From the NCBI GenBank assembly GCA_013265495.1, contig MU060042.1, positions 4,088,258 to 4,152,257 of the forward strand: 64,000 nt of DNA. The letters are read 5' to 3'. Source of the stretch: Vicugna vicugna (taxonomy: Eukaryota). The position numbers and the translations under genes were made by a program. The notes under the pieces were generated by a model, which ran no database searches, was not told the origin of the DNA, and worked only from the letters and a program-made list of their open reading frames with translations. Below, piece after piece: positions 61,276-64,000 of this stretch (position 1 is its first letter; each line of letters starts with the position of its first letter).

Positions 61276-64000
61276 AATAATGCTTTATGAAGAAAAGAGT
61301 AACTAGGAATGAGCCACGGGGCAAGAGAACGCAGACTCAGGAGATGAGAGTCTCCAGCAGACACACCCCACCCCTGCCGCTTCCCACAGAGAAAATCCTT
61401 TATTAAATTATCTTTTATTTAATCGCTACAGCGTTGGTGAGCACACACTAGGTACACAGAATTATGCTGAGCATAGTAAGAGCTATAAATATGAGATGAC
61501 ATCATCCCTCCCTTCGATCCCTTTATAACATAATGAAAGCGAGACAAGCATAAGAATCATGGCAAATACCGCGATATGAGGCAGGAAGTGGCGAGCGGTG
61601 AAGACTGGCATAGCCTAGCACTTTACAAGGCACATACAGCTCTTTTCAGAACAAATACCAGTGTGTTTCTTTGACCTCAGTGGTATACTCAGCTCATCTT
61701 TCAAAGTAAAATATTACATTAATGTATTTGAAGAAACTCTGGTGTGAACTTCTGTATTTTGCAAAAGGGGGAAATCATGGTGGGCGCCCTCACCACCCAG
61801 TTACCTGCCGAGCACACTTCCCTTTAAGTTGCCTTTGGTCCATCTTGCTGTGTGGATGTGACGGAGCACACAGAAAACAACAATTTTAACAGACTTTAGG
61901 GAAATAGGATTTCCCACTCCTGAGTCAAGTCAAGTCAAGAAGACGTGCTGTAAGCTTTGAAGGTATTCCTGAAAATGAGTCCATTACCAGCTTCTCCAAA
62001 GAGCGCCTCTGAATAGGGTGATGTCCATGTCATCGTTGGAAAATTCAGCATATTTGTTGAAAAATTCAGTCTCATCACTTAAGATCATATATTTTATAAG
62101 TTTATTTATTCAAACAAACACGTGTTGAGTTTCCGTAGCGTGCCTGGCATCTGGTAGAGCTAGACTGATGCGTCCATCTCATCTAAAGTTTATCGACTGC
62201 TTAATTTTCATCAACAGTCAGCAAATCAGTGGATTCCATGTTGACACTTACACTTGAACCTAAAGGTTTATTAATTTTACCATCCACATTAAGAAAACAT
62301 TATAGAGAGCTTTTAAAAGAAAAACAAATAGCTTTGGGGTCAAGAGAGTAGGAAGAATCCCCATTTATCATTTGGCCAGGTTCAGCAAATGCTGCATTAC
62401 GAACCGATAGCCCCTAATGAGAACAGCTCCGATGCACTAAACAAATACACCATTATACTTCATTGACCTTGACAGAAATTGTCTAATTTCCTGATGCTCT
62501 GTGGACTTGGGCCCATTTGGGGATGACAAAGTTGTGTGTATGTGTGCTTGTGACAAGCATGAAGGGATAGCTCAGGTAGTAATGATAAAATGAATCCATT
62601 TCATTGTGTGCACCCAAGTGGAGACCAGGAGCCACTGGACTCTGCTTTGCACTCTTTCTAATTCAGACCAGAGCACCATTAAGAATGCTATTGTCACATC
62701 TATGCAGCCTAGAAGAATTTAGGGGGTGTTGTCAGTGTGGAATACACGAGTAAGTAGTAACATGAATTTAAAAATTACTAGATGTAGCCAAGAGGAAAAG
62801 AGAAGTGAGGACAGAGGAGAGCAACCATATAATTTACTGCAAGATACTTTCAAATAAACTGATGTTAGAACCTTCACAGTGGTGATGAGAACCCCAAGTC
62901 ACCCAGTTAATGACTTGTAAATGACACCCTCATTATCTCCTGTTCCAGTGACCACTTGAGAGGCAAAAGACTCTGGAGAAGAAAAAGCACTTGAATTTTA
63001 TAATCCCCGCAAACCAATCATCTTTTTGTCATTCTGGGTAAGTGCTTTCTCTTCTACTGGGCGTTACCGTGAGTCTCGATACCAACAACCAGTGATTTTA
63101 AAAGGTCTTTGTTGTTTTTGTCTTCCTACATCTAGTCATGGTCCTTTTAATACAATAGAAATAACAACCTTGTTCTGAATGTGTTACAATGCAGCTTAAA
63201 CATACAAAGAAACACACTTATAAACTCTAGACCCCAAGGCTGCCTCTGGAGTTCATTATTGGGTATCCCAGGTTGCCTTAAGTGTTTGAGCTTAGTTTTT
63301 TTGTCTTTTTTAAGGGAAAATGAAGAAAATTGGACTTACACAGAGATGAAAACTATCATTCATATTAAACAACTCTAAGGACCTTAAAATGCTGAACCTC
63401 AGCAAAATAATTGGTAGCAGCTATTCATCAAGCACCTATTTCAGTGAAGGTTGGAATGAAGACTTTTCTTTTCCTTTTGCCGGGAACCGCTGTTTCACGG
63501 TTGTCATGAGTTATCCGAACAAAACTGCCAATCAAAACTCCCATCGTTCAGTCGTGGACAACTGTGAGATGTTTACGTCAGTGGCAACCTAGGTGAATCC
63601 AAGTGGAAAAGAATATTTTGTAAATAAAGTGTTTGACATATTTGAGGCCTATACTTCTTCCCCCCCCAAATCTGTTGGTGGTATTTATGGGGTGGGCGAG
63701 TGGGAGGTGGGTTATGATTATAGTTGAATTATTTCACGTGATTGGGAAAAATGATAAACAGGTGGGAGAAATGTGTAAAAGGAGAGACAAGGAGAAAAAT
63801 GTTGTAACACAACGTTATCTTAATTTAAGGAGGTATATACAATTTAAATGACGTTCAGTTCATCTTGGAGGCTACACCACCCGAATTTAGATAGTCTATA
63901 GACCTAGATGAAAACTAACACATCCTCAGAACAATAAGAAGAGATTTGGGGGGTCTTAAACAAAACAGCTAGCTTTGCAAAACCTCCCTGTAAAATGTCA

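Noticed and set aside
63440-64000. Possible old DNA-transposon or conserved element at the window end
   Set aside because: I could not match it to any family or find terminal repeats; it needs a Dfam search.

Overview
This is mammalian genomic DNA from a draft assembly with two N gaps. It is most likely camelid: it carries several copies of a short tRNA-Ala-like SINE ending in ...AAACCTAATTACCTC, the form I recall from camel/alpaca genomes, plus artiodactyl-type L1 3' ends. The window is GC/CpG-rich and mostly non-coding, with many interspersed repeats: L1, L2, MIR, MaLR/ERVL/ERV LTRs, hAT and Tigger MITEs, and one fossil mariner transposase. I could not match any ORF or exon to a known protein, so no gene symbols are given, and there is no operon, CRISPR array, rRNA or true tRNA. 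The best leads are: (1) a CpG island at ~52.9-53.6 kb with a near-perfect RFX X-box, a second degenerate X-box and a candidate first exon; (2) a chain of plus-strand splice signals at 2.6-14.5 kb that joins into one open frame and may start in an ERV LTR, including a 5-nt microexon or recursive-splice site; (3) a ~150-bp piece of an old L1 rewritten almost entirely by AT-to-GC substitutions; (4) a minisatellite forming six phased RGGTCA half-sites. Repeat family names come from recalled consensus sequences, not a database search, and their boundaries are approximate. I found no demonstrable new biological system; the leads are testable hypotheses.
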